NCBI GenBank assembly: GCA_050012155.1
Contig: JBEKHS010000005.1
Coordinates: 21,117 to 85,116, forward strand
DNA: 64,000 nucleotides
From: Candidatus Sulfotelmatobacter sp.
GTDB lineage: Bacteria > Acidobacteriota > Terriglobia > Terriglobales > Acidobacteriaceae
Reading direction: 5' to 3'
Part shown: positions 8,005 through 16,395 of the stretch, in pieces
Numbering within the stretch: position 1 is the stretch's first letter
Layout of the letters: the number at the start of each line of letters is the position of its first letter
Notes under the pieces: generated by a model
Databases searched by the model: none
What the model was told of the DNA's origin: nothing
What the model saw: the letters and a program-made list of their open reading frames with translations, nothing else
Made by a program: the position numbers and the translations under genes

Positions 8005-8056
8005 AGCGGGAGTCGAGATTCGCTCGACGGACAGCCGAGGGCGGCTGTCCCCACAT
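8005..8056 (-). repeat. REP-like palindromic element, copy 1 (core GGACAGCCG-CCCT-CGGCTGTCC)
   Basis: A 29-nt identical core (ATGTGGGGACAGCCGCCCTCGGCTGTCCG on the minus strand) is shared with 53247-53275. The following ~25 nt are about 70% identical. Intergenic between fpg and pyrF. Confidence 0.6.
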
Positions 8057-8068
8057 GAATCCCAGAAT

Positions 8069-8848
8069 CTAGGAGCTGATCTGCTCCAGAATCGCGCGCG
8101 CTTCGGCGGCCGGATCGGCCGCTTCGGTGATTGGACGGCCTACGACGATGTGGCTGGCTCCAGCGGCGATGGCTTCGGCTGGGGTGGCGACGCGGGCTTG
8201 ATCCGCGTGGCGGGAACCGGCGGGGCGGACGCCGGGGGTTACGATGGCGAAAGTGTGGCCCAGTTCCGTGCGCACAGCGGCGGTCTCGCGGGCAGAGGTG
8301 ACGATGCCCTTGCATCCGTTGTCCAGGGCGAGCGCGGCGAGGCGCAGCACTTCGTCGCGTACGGTTCCGCGAAAGCCGACCTTTTCCATTTCAGCTTCGT
8401 CGAGGCTGGTGAGCACCGTGACTCCCAGCACCAGCAGGGCGGGGTTGTTGGCGCGAGCGGCTTCGACTGCGACGTGGAGCATCTTGCCGCCGCCCGCAGC
8501 GTGAACGGTCAGCATACTCACCCCGAGCTGAGCGGCTTCATGCACGGCTGCCGCCACGGTGGTGGGAATGTCGTGATACTTGAGGTCGAGGAAGACTCGC
8601 CGTCCCGAGGCGACGAGATCCCGCACCACTTGCGGACCTTCGGCGGTATAGAGCTGCATGCCAACCTTGTAAGTCAGGGCCGAGTCTCCCACGGCCGCGA
8701 CAATTTTTTGCGCGGCAGCCGCCGTGGAAACGTCGAGTGCAACGATCAGCTTCTGGCGGGGATCGTTCTTATGAGAATCGACCTCATGAGCAGCGACATT
8801 CTTCTGGTGAGATTTGCCAGGGATGAGGTTGGGCAGAGTGGCCTGCAT
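8069..8848 (-). CDS. pyrF: Orotidine 5'-phosphate decarboxylase
   Basis: KLIVALDV ... VFLDLKYHDIPTTV ... IVVGRPI are canonical PyrF motifs. Confidence 0.9.
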   Translation of the reverse strand: MQATLPNLIPGKSHQKNVAAHEVDSHKNDPRQKLIVALDVSTAAAAQKIVAAVGDSALTYKVGMQLYTAEGPQVVRDLVASGRRVFLDLKYHDIPTTVAAAVHEAAQLGVSMLTVHAAGGGKMLHVAVEAARANNPALLVLGVTVLTSLDEAEMEKVGFRGTVRDEVLRLAALALDNGCKGIVTSARETAAVRTELGHTFAIVTPGVRPAGSRHADQARVATPAEAIAAGASHIVVGRPITEAADPAAEARAILEQISS

Positions 8849-8867
8849 CCCTGACAGTGTAGAGGGT

Positions 8868-9374
8868 TTAGCGGAGTTCCGCCACAGGATAGTTGAAGGC
8901 CATGGTTTGGTAAACCTGCTGGCGCTCTGTCCGGGGTTTCACCAGATCCAGGCGAACGCGCTGCAAACCGCGTTGTTCGAATCGCAGCACCTGTGCGGCG
9001 CCATAGGACAGATCGATAATGCGGCCGGGAACCACCGGTCCACGGTCGTTTACCTTGACCACCACCGCCCGCCCATTGCGCAGGTTGGTGACCCGCACGT
9101 AGCTTCCCAGGGGAAGTGTGGGGTGGGCAGCGGTCATGTCGTACATATCGTAATCTTCACCGCTGGCCGTGGGTTTGCCTTCAAAGTACTCGCCATACCA
9201 CGAAGCTGTCCCAATCTGATACGGTTGATTCTTGCCGGTCTTCAGGCGGATTCCGGGCTTGCCGACGGGGCTAGTTGGCAGTGAGCTGGCCTCCGAGTTG
9301 TTCGGGCCCTGAGCCGCTCCCAGGCCGACGATCAATAAAGCGATCATCAGTCCATGAGCTATAAATCCACGCAT
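8868..9374 (-). CDS. rlpA: Septal ring lytic transglycosylase RlpA-family protein (DPBB domain)
   Basis: Signal peptide, then GTASWYGEYFEGKPTASGEDYDMYDMTAAHPTLPLGSYVRVTNLRNGRAVVVKVNDRGP. Confidence 0.85.
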   Translation of the reverse strand: MRGFIAHGLMIALLIVGLGAAQGPNNSEASSLPTSPVGKPGIRLKTGKNQPYQIGTASWYGEYFEGKPTASGEDYDMYDMTAAHPTLPLGSYVRVTNLRNGRAVVVKVNDRGPVVPGRIIDLSYGAAQVLRFEQRGLQRVRLDLVKPRTERQQVYQTMAFNYPVAELR

Positions 9375-9775
9375 TCAGTTCTCCTCGCATACTCAAAAGT
9401 CGTCCTAGCTAGGCTGTTTGATTAACGGTCTCTAAATCGTAGAGGCCCAGGGAGGACTTGTCAATCCGAAAGTTCATGGCCTATGGTTACGTGCTAGTTA
9501 TCTATATCTCACGTAACTTGTTGTTAATCATGAGTAATCCGTAACATCTCTATCAAAACAGTGAAGTTACATGTATACTAAAGTGTAAATACCCAACCCT
9601 CCGTATGCCATCGACTATTTTCATCTCCAATGGATTCAATCGGTTACGGAAAAACTCTTTCTAAATTGTTTATTGTGAGAGTTTTAGGTAAAACGTTACA
9701 TGGGGCCGGATCAATTTTTGTTTAACCCGGCCTGAGAATGCCCCCTGCGATAGCCGATTTTAAGGATCGGGAATC

Positions 9776-10639
9776 ATGGCTGAGAAACCACCTGTAGTTC
9801 TCACTATCGCGGGTTTCGACCCCTCGTCGGGGGCCGGAGTGACTGCCGATATTAAGACGATCGCCGCCCACGGCTGCTACGGCGTGGCCTGTATTACGGC
9901 CATTACCGTCCAGTCGACGGGTGGGGTTCGCCGCCTGGAAGCCGTCGATCCGAGTCTGGTAACCGAGACCCTTGAGGAGCTAGCTTCCGATGTTCCGATT
10001 GCGGCGGTTCATATTGGCATGCTCGGCACCGCGAAGGTGGTCAAGGCCGTGGTGGAGTTCTTGAGCCAGCGCACCGGAAAGAACGGTTCGTCTAAGAAAC
10101 TACCCAACGTAGTCCTAGATCCGATCCTGAAGTCGTCTTCCGGGGCCGACCTGTTGGATGCTGCCGGAAGCCGGCTCCTCGTCGAGAAGCTTATCCCGCT
10201 CGCCGATGTGATCACGCCGAATGTCGACGAAGCCGCCTTTCTCACCGGGCTAAAGGTCACGGATCTCGACGAGATGCGAGCTGCGGCAGCCAAGCTCCAC
10301 GAGATGGGTTCAGCCGCGGTCGTGATTACTGGCGGGCATTTGGAAAAAGCCATTGATCTGTTGAGTTTCACAACCAAACGAGGTGTTGAGGAGGAAGTCT
10401 TTAAAGCGGAACGTCAGCGCTCGAATTCAACTCACGGTACGGGCTGCGCCTTCGCGACGGCTATGTCCTGTCATTTGGCTCTTGATCGCGGATTGGCCGA
10501 GGCGGCCTTGCTCGCCAAGACTTACGTAACGGCCGCGATTGCCGCTGGCCATCCCCTGGGCCGCGGAACTGGACCGGTTCATCATTTGTATCGAATGAAC
10601 CAGCCGCGGCGCGCTGGGGGTACGGCAAGCGAATCTTAG
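9776..10639 (+). CDS. thiD: Hydroxymethylpyrimidine/phosphomethylpyrimidine kinase
   Basis: VLTIAGFDPSSGAGVTADIKT ... VVLDPILKSSSG ... THGTGCAFATA. Confidence 0.9.
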   Translation: MAEKPPVVLTIAGFDPSSGAGVTADIKTIAAHGCYGVACITAITVQSTGGVRRLEAVDPSLVTETLEELASDVPIAAVHIGMLGTAKVVKAVVEFLSQRTGKNGSSKKLPNVVLDPILKSSSGADLLDAAGSRLLVEKLIPLADVITPNVDEAAFLTGLKVTDLDEMRAAAAKLHEMGSAAVVITGGHLEKAIDLLSFTTKRGVEEEVFKAERQRSNSTHGTGCAFATAMSCHLALDRGLAEAALLAKTYVTAAIAAGHPLGRGTGPVHHLYRMNQPRRAGGTASES

Positions 10640-11223
10640 TTGTCGTTGTTATTGTTATCCGAGGGCTTCTTCAGCAGAATCCCGGCCACGAACGAGGCCG
10701 TGGCGGCCAGCAGCCACTCGATCCGCCACATCTGGATCGCCTGGAACTCCGCCAGGTTTGAGGCGTGATAGAAGAGGCTGACGCCGATGGCCCCAGCCAC
10801 GCAGCCTAATCCGATGATGAAGGCGATCAGAGCCGCCGTCGGCAGGCCGACCCAGCGTTTGATCTCGTGGAAGTGCAGATAGTGCAGCCAATCGGGAAAG
10901 GAGATCCTGCGCCAGAAATCTGCGGTCCAACGCGCGCCAACCACTACCCACGCCACGCTGTGAGCCCACACACCCGCAATGGCAACCGCATCCGAGCCGA
11001 TCGCAGCCAATGCCAATGTTGGCCGGCGAAGACCGCACGTATGGCAAAACCGGCCGCCAACCATGAACTCAGTGCCGCAAGTGGCACAGGCCTCGGCTAT
11101 CTCCGGCGTCGCAGCCGGGAGCGGCGCCTCGACCGCCGGTTCGGGAACGGTCGGGGCACGCCAAAACTCCTGCTGCGCGCCTTGTACTACTTCAGCCATG
11201 GCTAACAACGCTCCTACCAGCAA
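10636..11223 (-). CDS. Zinc-ribbon domain membrane protein
   Basis: CATCGTEFMVGGRFCHTCG zinc ribbon, followed by about 4 hydrophobic helices. Its stop overlaps the thiD stop (convergent genes). Confidence 0.6.
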   Translation of the reverse strand: MLVGALLAMAEVVQGAQQEFWRAPTVPEPAVEAPLPAATPEIAEACATCGTEFMVGGRFCHTCGLRRPTLALAAIGSDAVAIAGVWAHSVAWVVVGARWTADFWRRISFPDWLHYLHFHEIKRWVGLPTAALIAFIIGLGCVAGAIGVSLFYHASNLAEFQAIQMWRIEWLLAATASFVAGILLKKPSDNNNNDN

Positions 11224-11504
11224 CGCAAGCCGACAGCCAAACCGAATCAGCTACTAACCTGTTTCCAGTTCAAACACTTGCACGGTCGATCACACCCCGC
11301 GTAGCTATCTTCGCGCAATTATTACCCGCAGGCCCGCGTAAAGATGCACCGGCACCTTAGTTTTCGTCGAGTGACTGCCGGGAATTATAGAGTCCAAGCG
11401 CCGCATGGATCACTAGATTCTTACGTCGCGGCCGATGGCTTCTTTGGTTCGTCCCGTGCTGGTGCAACTTCGGCTACACTACCAGTTAAGGGCTAACGGT
11501 CGGG

Positions 11505-12758
11505 ATGCAGTCGAGTGTGATATTGGTGAAACGGTTGGTGCCAAGAAAGCTGCTTTCCGGCCTCGTTCTCTTCTGCTTATCGCTTTCTCACTCGACCGCT
11601 CAAGCTAAAGCCACGCCTTCGGCTTCTTCCGCCGTTTCTATTTCTGATACCGGGCGCGATCCGCTGGTCGAAGCCGCCGCCGGTCACTTCTACAACATGG
11701 ACTATGACGTTGCGATCCAGGAATACGGAAGAGTCCTGGATCGGCATCCCGAGGATCCGTTCGCGGTCAATCATCTGCTGAGCACTGTCTTGATACGCGA
11801 GCTTTACAGAATGGGAGCGATGAACAGCGGCGAGTACGCGAACGACAGCTTCATCGGCCAGGCGCATCGCGCCGCCGACCCCAAGGTAAAGGAGCAGATC
11901 CAACAATTAGTCGATCGCGCCGAAGGCCTGGAAGAGCGGGAACTCAAGGCTGATCCCAGCAACGTGGACGCGCTCTATGCCCGCGGCGTCACGCGCGCCC
12001 AGTTTGCTCTGTATACCGCGCTGGTGGAGCGCGCCTGGTTTTCCGCCCTGCGCAATGCCGTGGGTGCGCGCCGCGATCACGAGCGCGTACTGCAACTGGA
12101 TCCTAATTACGTGGATGCGAAGTTGGTTGTGGGTGTACACAACTACGTGCTGGGTAGCCTGCCCTGGAGCGTGAAAGCCGCCGTGGCCCTGGTGGGACTG
12201 AGCGGGACCAAAGAGAAAGGCTTCGAATACCTGCGCGAGGTGGCAGAGAGCAACGGAGAAAACAACATTGACGCCAAGGTTGTGCTGGCCCTGTTTCTGC
12301 GGCGCGAACATCGCTACGACGAAGCCCGCGCCCTGATGCACGATTTGGTGGCGCGGTATCCGAGGAATTATCTGTTCCCGCTGGAGGAGGCCAATCTGCT
12401 GCGCGCTAACGGCCACGCACCCGAAGCCGCGGCTGCCTATCGCAAGGTATGGCAAAACGGCCGGGAAGGGAAGTATGGAGACTTGCATTATGAAATCTCG
12501 GCGTGGGGGTTGGGTGAGCTATTGCGCAGCCAGAAAGATTACTCCGGAGCCGCTGCCGCGTACGAACTGGTGAGCGAAGCTCATGACCCAGACCCCGAGA
12601 TCCTGCAAAAAGCCAACCTCGCCGCGGGGGAAATGTACGACCTGCTGCAGAAGCGCGATCTGGCCATGAAGAAATATCAGACCGTATTGGCAGAAAATGC
12701 CAGCACGCCACCCGCGGAAAAGGCGAGAGAATACATCAAGGAAGCGTACCGGGAATGA
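11505..12758 (+). CDS. TPR-repeat protein, secreted
   Basis: Signal peptide (LVLFCLSLSHSTAQA). Repeated A/Y/L-rich 34-aa TPR-like helices throughout. Confidence 0.75.
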   Translation: MQSSVILVKRLVPRKLLSGLVLFCLSLSHSTAQAKATPSASSAVSISDTGRDPLVEAAAGHFYNMDYDVAIQEYGRVLDRHPEDPFAVNHLLSTVLIRELYRMGAMNSGEYANDSFIGQAHRAADPKVKEQIQQLVDRAEGLEERELKADPSNVDALYARGVTRAQFALYTALVERAWFSALRNAVGARRDHERVLQLDPNYVDAKLVVGVHNYVLGSLPWSVKAAVALVGLSGTKEKGFEYLREVAESNGENNIDAKVVLALFLRREHRYDEARALMHDLVARYPRNYLFPLEEANLLRANGHAPEAAAAYRKVWQNGREGKYGDLHYEISAWGLGELLRSQKDYSGAAAAYELVSEAHDPDPEILQKANLAAGEMYDLLQKRDLAMKKYQTVLAENASTPPAEKAREYIKEAYRE

Positions 12759-12869
12759 GCCGGTTGAAGATTTTGGTCGGGTTAGGAAATTCGACACAAT
12801 TGCCCAGCCAGCGGAACTTTTCTTCTACAATTGCGTACTGTCTTGTAGAGACATTTGGGGGTCGGAACC

Positions 12870-13184
12870 ATGTATTGCAACTATTGCGGCAAGGTGATTC
12901 AGGATGATGCGGCGGTTTGTGCTTATTGCGGCATTCGTGTGGGGGCGTCGGTGGCGCGCAAGCGGCTGGTGCGGCCGCGGCAGGGGCGAAAGATCGCCGG
13001 TGTTTGCCTCGGTTTCTCTGAATATTTTGACATCGACGTGACCGTCGTCCGGCTGGTATGGCTCGTTGGAGCCTTCATGACTGGCATCGGCCTGATCGCA
13101 TATCCCATTGCATGGATCGTGATGCCGGAAGAGCCACTGTTGGTGGCGGCGCCCGCAGGCGCGCAACGCGCGATGAATCCGTGA
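12870..13184 (+). CDS. PspC-domain protein with an N-terminal zinc ribbon
   Basis: MYCNYCGKVIQDDAAVCAYCG followed by RKIAGVCLGFSEYFDIDVTVVRLVWLV (PspC motif). Confidence 0.8.
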   Translation: MYCNYCGKVIQDDAAVCAYCGIRVGASVARKRLVRPRQGRKIAGVCLGFSEYFDIDVTVVRLVWLVGAFMTGIGLIAYPIAWIVMPEEPLLVAAPAGAQRAMNP

Positions 13185-13247
13185 CTTTCTCCAATCTGTC
13201 GAGGCAGAACCGACGCCGAGGGTGCAGTTTGTGATTAAATCTTCGGC

Positions 13248-14057
13248 ATGCAGGTCGCCTCTCGACTGGTAAAAAACGACGACGCGGAGGTCGTCTACTA
13301 CTCACTGGGCGAAGGCGCGCCCGTAGTTCTTCTCCATCCTTTTCCTGCGAATCACGAATTCTGGCTGCCCGTGGCTGAGGCTCTGGCCACGCGTTACCGC
13401 GTCATTTTCCCTGATCTGCGCGGTCACGGAGATTCCGGCTCGGGCGATGGTCCGGCCACGATGGAGAAGCACGCCAGCGACCTCGCCCGCGTAATGGACG
13501 ATGCCGAGATCGTCCGCGCTCCGCTGGTTGGGGTTTCTATCGGCGGCTACGCCCTGTTCGAATTCTGGCGAAGATATCGCGGCCGCGTCGCGGCAATCGG
13601 GCTGTTCAACACGAAGGCGCCAGCCGATTCCGCCGAAGCCCGCGCAGGTCGCCTTCAAACCGCAAACGAGGTTCTTGAGCGCGGCACCGAGCTATTTTTC
13701 GAGAGCATGACTCCTCGTCTTCTGGGCAGGACCACGCGCGAGACGCGGCCTGACCTGGTCGACGGCGTGCTGCGCATGATGCGGAAGATGTCGCCCGAAG
13801 ATGTGGCGCAAGTGCAGCGCGGCATGGCAGAGCGTCCCGACTCGGTCGATACATTGAAGACGATCAATGTGCCCGCGCTTGTCGTAACCGGAGACGAAGA
13901 CATCCTTACCGGCCTAAACGAAGCCGAACTCATGCGCCAGCATATTTCCGGAAGCCAGTTGCGCGTGATTCCGAAGTCCGGTCATTATTCGGCATGGGAG
14001 CAGCCAGAGGAAGCGGTCAAGCTGCTGCGGCAGTTTCTGGAGGAAGTCGTCGGTTGA
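13248..14057 (+). CDS. Alpha/beta-fold hydrolase
   Basis: VVLLHPFPANHEFW ... GVSIGG nucleophile elbow ... SGHYSAWEQPE. Confidence 0.85.
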   Translation: MQVASRLVKNDDAEVVYYSLGEGAPVVLLHPFPANHEFWLPVAEALATRYRVIFPDLRGHGDSGSGDGPATMEKHASDLARVMDDAEIVRAPLVGVSIGGYALFEFWRRYRGRVAAIGLFNTKAPADSAEARAGRLQTANEVLERGTELFFESMTPRLLGRTTRETRPDLVDGVLRMMRKMSPEDVAQVQRGMAERPDSVDTLKTINVPALVVTGDEDILTGLNEAELMRQHISGSQLRVIPKSGHYSAWEQPEEAVKLLRQFLEEVVG

Positions 14058-14108
14058 CGGGGTACAATTCATCTGTCGATCTACGAGAGCGCCCTTCCTG
14101 GAGGATGA

Positions 14109-14540
14109 GTGCCGATCGCCCGTCTGAATAGGGAGACATTGCAACGTTTCGCCGACAGCCGGGTCGAAGAGGCTAGGATTTTGCTTCAGCATAAGTATTG
14201 GACCGGCGCCTATTACTTGACCGGCCTCGGCGTGGAATGCGCGCTAAAAGCACGCCTGGCACGTGCCGTACAACAACATGATTTCCCGGACAAGCGTTTC
14301 ATCGATCAAGCTTATACCCACGGGCTCGGAGACTTGGCCAAGTTGGATGCGGAATTTTGGGTCCAGCTGAAAAACGAACTTCGTGGAGATAAGAAGTTCG
14401 CGAGCAACTGGAGCACCGTACGTCAGTGGGATGACGAGAAACGCTACGGAGTGGTTGAGGAAGCGGAGGCAGTATCGCTCTACTCGGCGACGACTGAAGC
14501 GGTTTCTGGCGTGCTGGAATGGATACGGCGGAGGTGGTAG
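14109..14540 (+). CDS. HEPN-domain protein (classical PF05168-like pattern)
   Basis: GAYYLTGLGVECALKARLA ... THGLGDLAKL ... WDDEKRYG match the HEPN helix pattern. GTG start preceded by GGAGGA. Confidence 0.7.
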   Translation: MPIARLNRETLQRFADSRVEEARILLQHKYWTGAYYLTGLGVECALKARLARAVQQHDFPDKRFIDQAYTHGLGDLAKLDAEFWVQLKNELRGDKKFASNWSTVRQWDDEKRYGVVEEAEAVSLYSATTEAVSGVLEWIRRRW

Positions 14541-14927
14541 ATGGCTAATATCACGATGGGCCTCACGGATGCGGAGGTCGATTTTGGGAGGAAACTCTGG
14601 CACGAATTGGGAGCTAAGGGTTCACCGTTTCCGATCAGGGGCATGTTCTGGCTGCTCGAGGGCGAGTGGCATCTTGTTATCGTCAGTGAGATTGTCGACA
14701 GACTTGGGTCGCGCGACGCATATCGAGAGCTGGATAAGGTTATGCAGCTCGCGCCTGCGGAAGCATCACTGTTCTCGGAAATAGAAATGATTGGTACCAA
14801 GCATCCACTGTATCAGGGGCTTAGCTCCGTATTCGCGCAGGCTGCGTCAGTCGAGGGAGCGCGGTTGGGCGGCTCGCAAGTAGGGGGGGTCTACATAGAA
14901 GATGCTTACCTCTACGGCGTACGTTAA
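14541..14927 (+). CDS. Hypothetical protein abutting the HEPN gene
   Basis: The ATG directly follows the HEPN TAG (TAGATG). 128 aa with no recognisable motif. It lacks the GS...DxD signature of a minimal nucleotidyltransferase. Confidence 0.55.
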   Translation: MANITMGLTDAEVDFGRKLWHELGAKGSPFPIRGMFWLLEGEWHLVIVSEIVDRLGSRDAYRELDKVMQLAPAEASLFSEIEMIGTKHPLYQGLSSVFAQAASVEGARLGGSQVGGVYIEDAYLYGVR

Positions 14928-15831
14928 AAAGCAAGCCACGTTTTTCGTTTTGTGCCTGCTGTTCGCTGTTTACGCTCACTCGCAAACCAGCGCCGTTGCC
15001 CGCCCTCGCATTACCGGCATCGATCACGTCTCCTTCTACACTACTCAGCCCGATGGTGTTAAAGGTCTCTACAGCGGCATACTCGGCCTCGCTTCCGCTG
15101 CGCCGGTGGAAACTGGTGGGCTTGTGCGTTACATGGTGGGCAAGCAGTGGGTGGGTTACAGCGCTGCGCCCGATCCCAATGCCACCGACCGCATGGATCA
15201 TGTTGCCTTCGCCACGGACAATATCGGGGCACTGCGGAAGTATCTGATCGCGAATGGTGTGGCCGTGCCTGCCATCGAGGGACACACCGATCACAGTTTG
15301 AGCTTCACGGTCGCCGATCCGGAAGGCCATCGCATCGAGTTTGTCGAGCGCGACAAAGGCGAAACTGCGATGGCGCCACCAGATTCCGCGGTTTCGCGTC
15401 ATATGATTCATGCCGGTTTTCTGGTTTACAACCGCGACGCCGAAGATCACTTCTACCGCGAACTGCTCGGCTTTCGTCCATACTGGCACGGCGGAATGCA
15501 CCCCGGCGAAACCGACTGGGTCTCGCTCCAGGTTCCGGACGGTACCGACTGGCTGGAATACATGCTGAACCAGCCTGCGCATCCTGACTTGCGGCTGACG
15601 GGCGTGATGAATCACATCTCGCTCGGCGTCGCCGACATGAGGAAAGCCCAGGCCATTCTCGAATCTCACGGCTGGAAGCCGCACGGCGACGAAAAAGCTC
15701 AGATGGGAAGAGATGGCAAGTGGCAGCTCAACCTGTTTGATCCCGATCAGACGCGGGTCGAACTCATGGAATTCAAGCCGGTCGAGAAACCATGCTGCTC
15801 GGACTTCACGGGGCCGCATCCTTCGGAGTGA
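14902..15831 (+). CDS. VOC-family (glyoxalase/bleomycin resistance/dioxygenase) protein, two domains, secreted
   Basis: Signal peptide FFVLCLLFAVYAHS. ITGIDHVSFY and MNHISLGVADM begin the two VOC modules. Confidence 0.8.
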   Translation: MLTSTAYVKKQATFFVLCLLFAVYAHSQTSAVARPRITGIDHVSFYTTQPDGVKGLYSGILGLASAAPVETGGLVRYMVGKQWVGYSAAPDPNATDRMDHVAFATDNIGALRKYLIANGVAVPAIEGHTDHSLSFTVADPEGHRIEFVERDKGETAMAPPDSAVSRHMIHAGFLVYNRDAEDHFYRELLGFRPYWHGGMHPGETDWVSLQVPDGTDWLEYMLNQPAHPDLRLTGVMNHISLGVADMRKAQAILESHGWKPHGDEKAQMGRDGKWQLNLFDPDQTRVELMEFKPVEKPCCSDFTGPHPSE

Positions 15832-15892
15832 AGTGTGCGCTGGCGACTCTCTCACGGACGCAAGTTGCGATGTTTGTTAGAATTCTCTCGCC

Positions 15893-16297
15893 ATGATTGA
15901 AACTTATCTTGTTCCCGAGAAAACCACAGTGAGTGCCAAAGGCGACGGCCCCACTGTGGATGTAAGCGGCACGGGCCGTGTCTTTCTGCTGAACCTTGAG
16001 ATCACAAACATCATCGAACAGGAATCGCTCGAGATCAGCATCCACGGCTCATCGGACGGCACGGCGTGGGGAGCAAAGCCGATTGTCGCGTTTCCGCAGA
16101 AATTTTATCGCGGAGAGTCTCCGCTATTGCTTGACCTTACGGCGCATCAGGATGTGAAGTTCGTGCGCGCGCACTGGGAGGTCGCGCGTTGGGGCCGCGG
16201 CGTCGAAACCCCTATGTTCGAGTTCGGGGTCAGCTTGAGAGAGATTCCGCCGGAGATCCTACGCGAGGTCACAGCTGAGGCAAAGGCCCTGGCCTAG
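15893..16297 (+). CDS. Hypothetical protein
   Basis: 134-aa ORF in an otherwise empty gap upstream of aroA. No motif recognised. Confidence 0.5.
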   Translation: MIETYLVPEKTTVSAKGDGPTVDVSGTGRVFLLNLEITNIIEQESLEISIHGSSDGTAWGAKPIVAFPQKFYRGESPLLLDLTAHQDVKFVRAHWEVARWGRGVETPMFEFGVSLREIPPEILREVTAEAKALA

Positions 16298-16395
16298 CGC
16301 TTCCAATTAGGCCTGATTCGCTACATTTGGAATCGAGAACGGTGCTTCCTGCAATCTGCGTTTCTCGCGTTCCTTCCGCTATATTTGATCTCAGG

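Noticed and set aside
11440-11470. GGTTCGTCCC resembling a tRNA T-loop
   Set aside because: There is no complementary T-stem, acceptor stem or anticodon arm around it.
14821-15855. 344-aa minus-strand ORF opposite the VOC gene
   Set aside because: The plus-strand product has a signal peptide and two VOC modules. This frame is a GC shadow.
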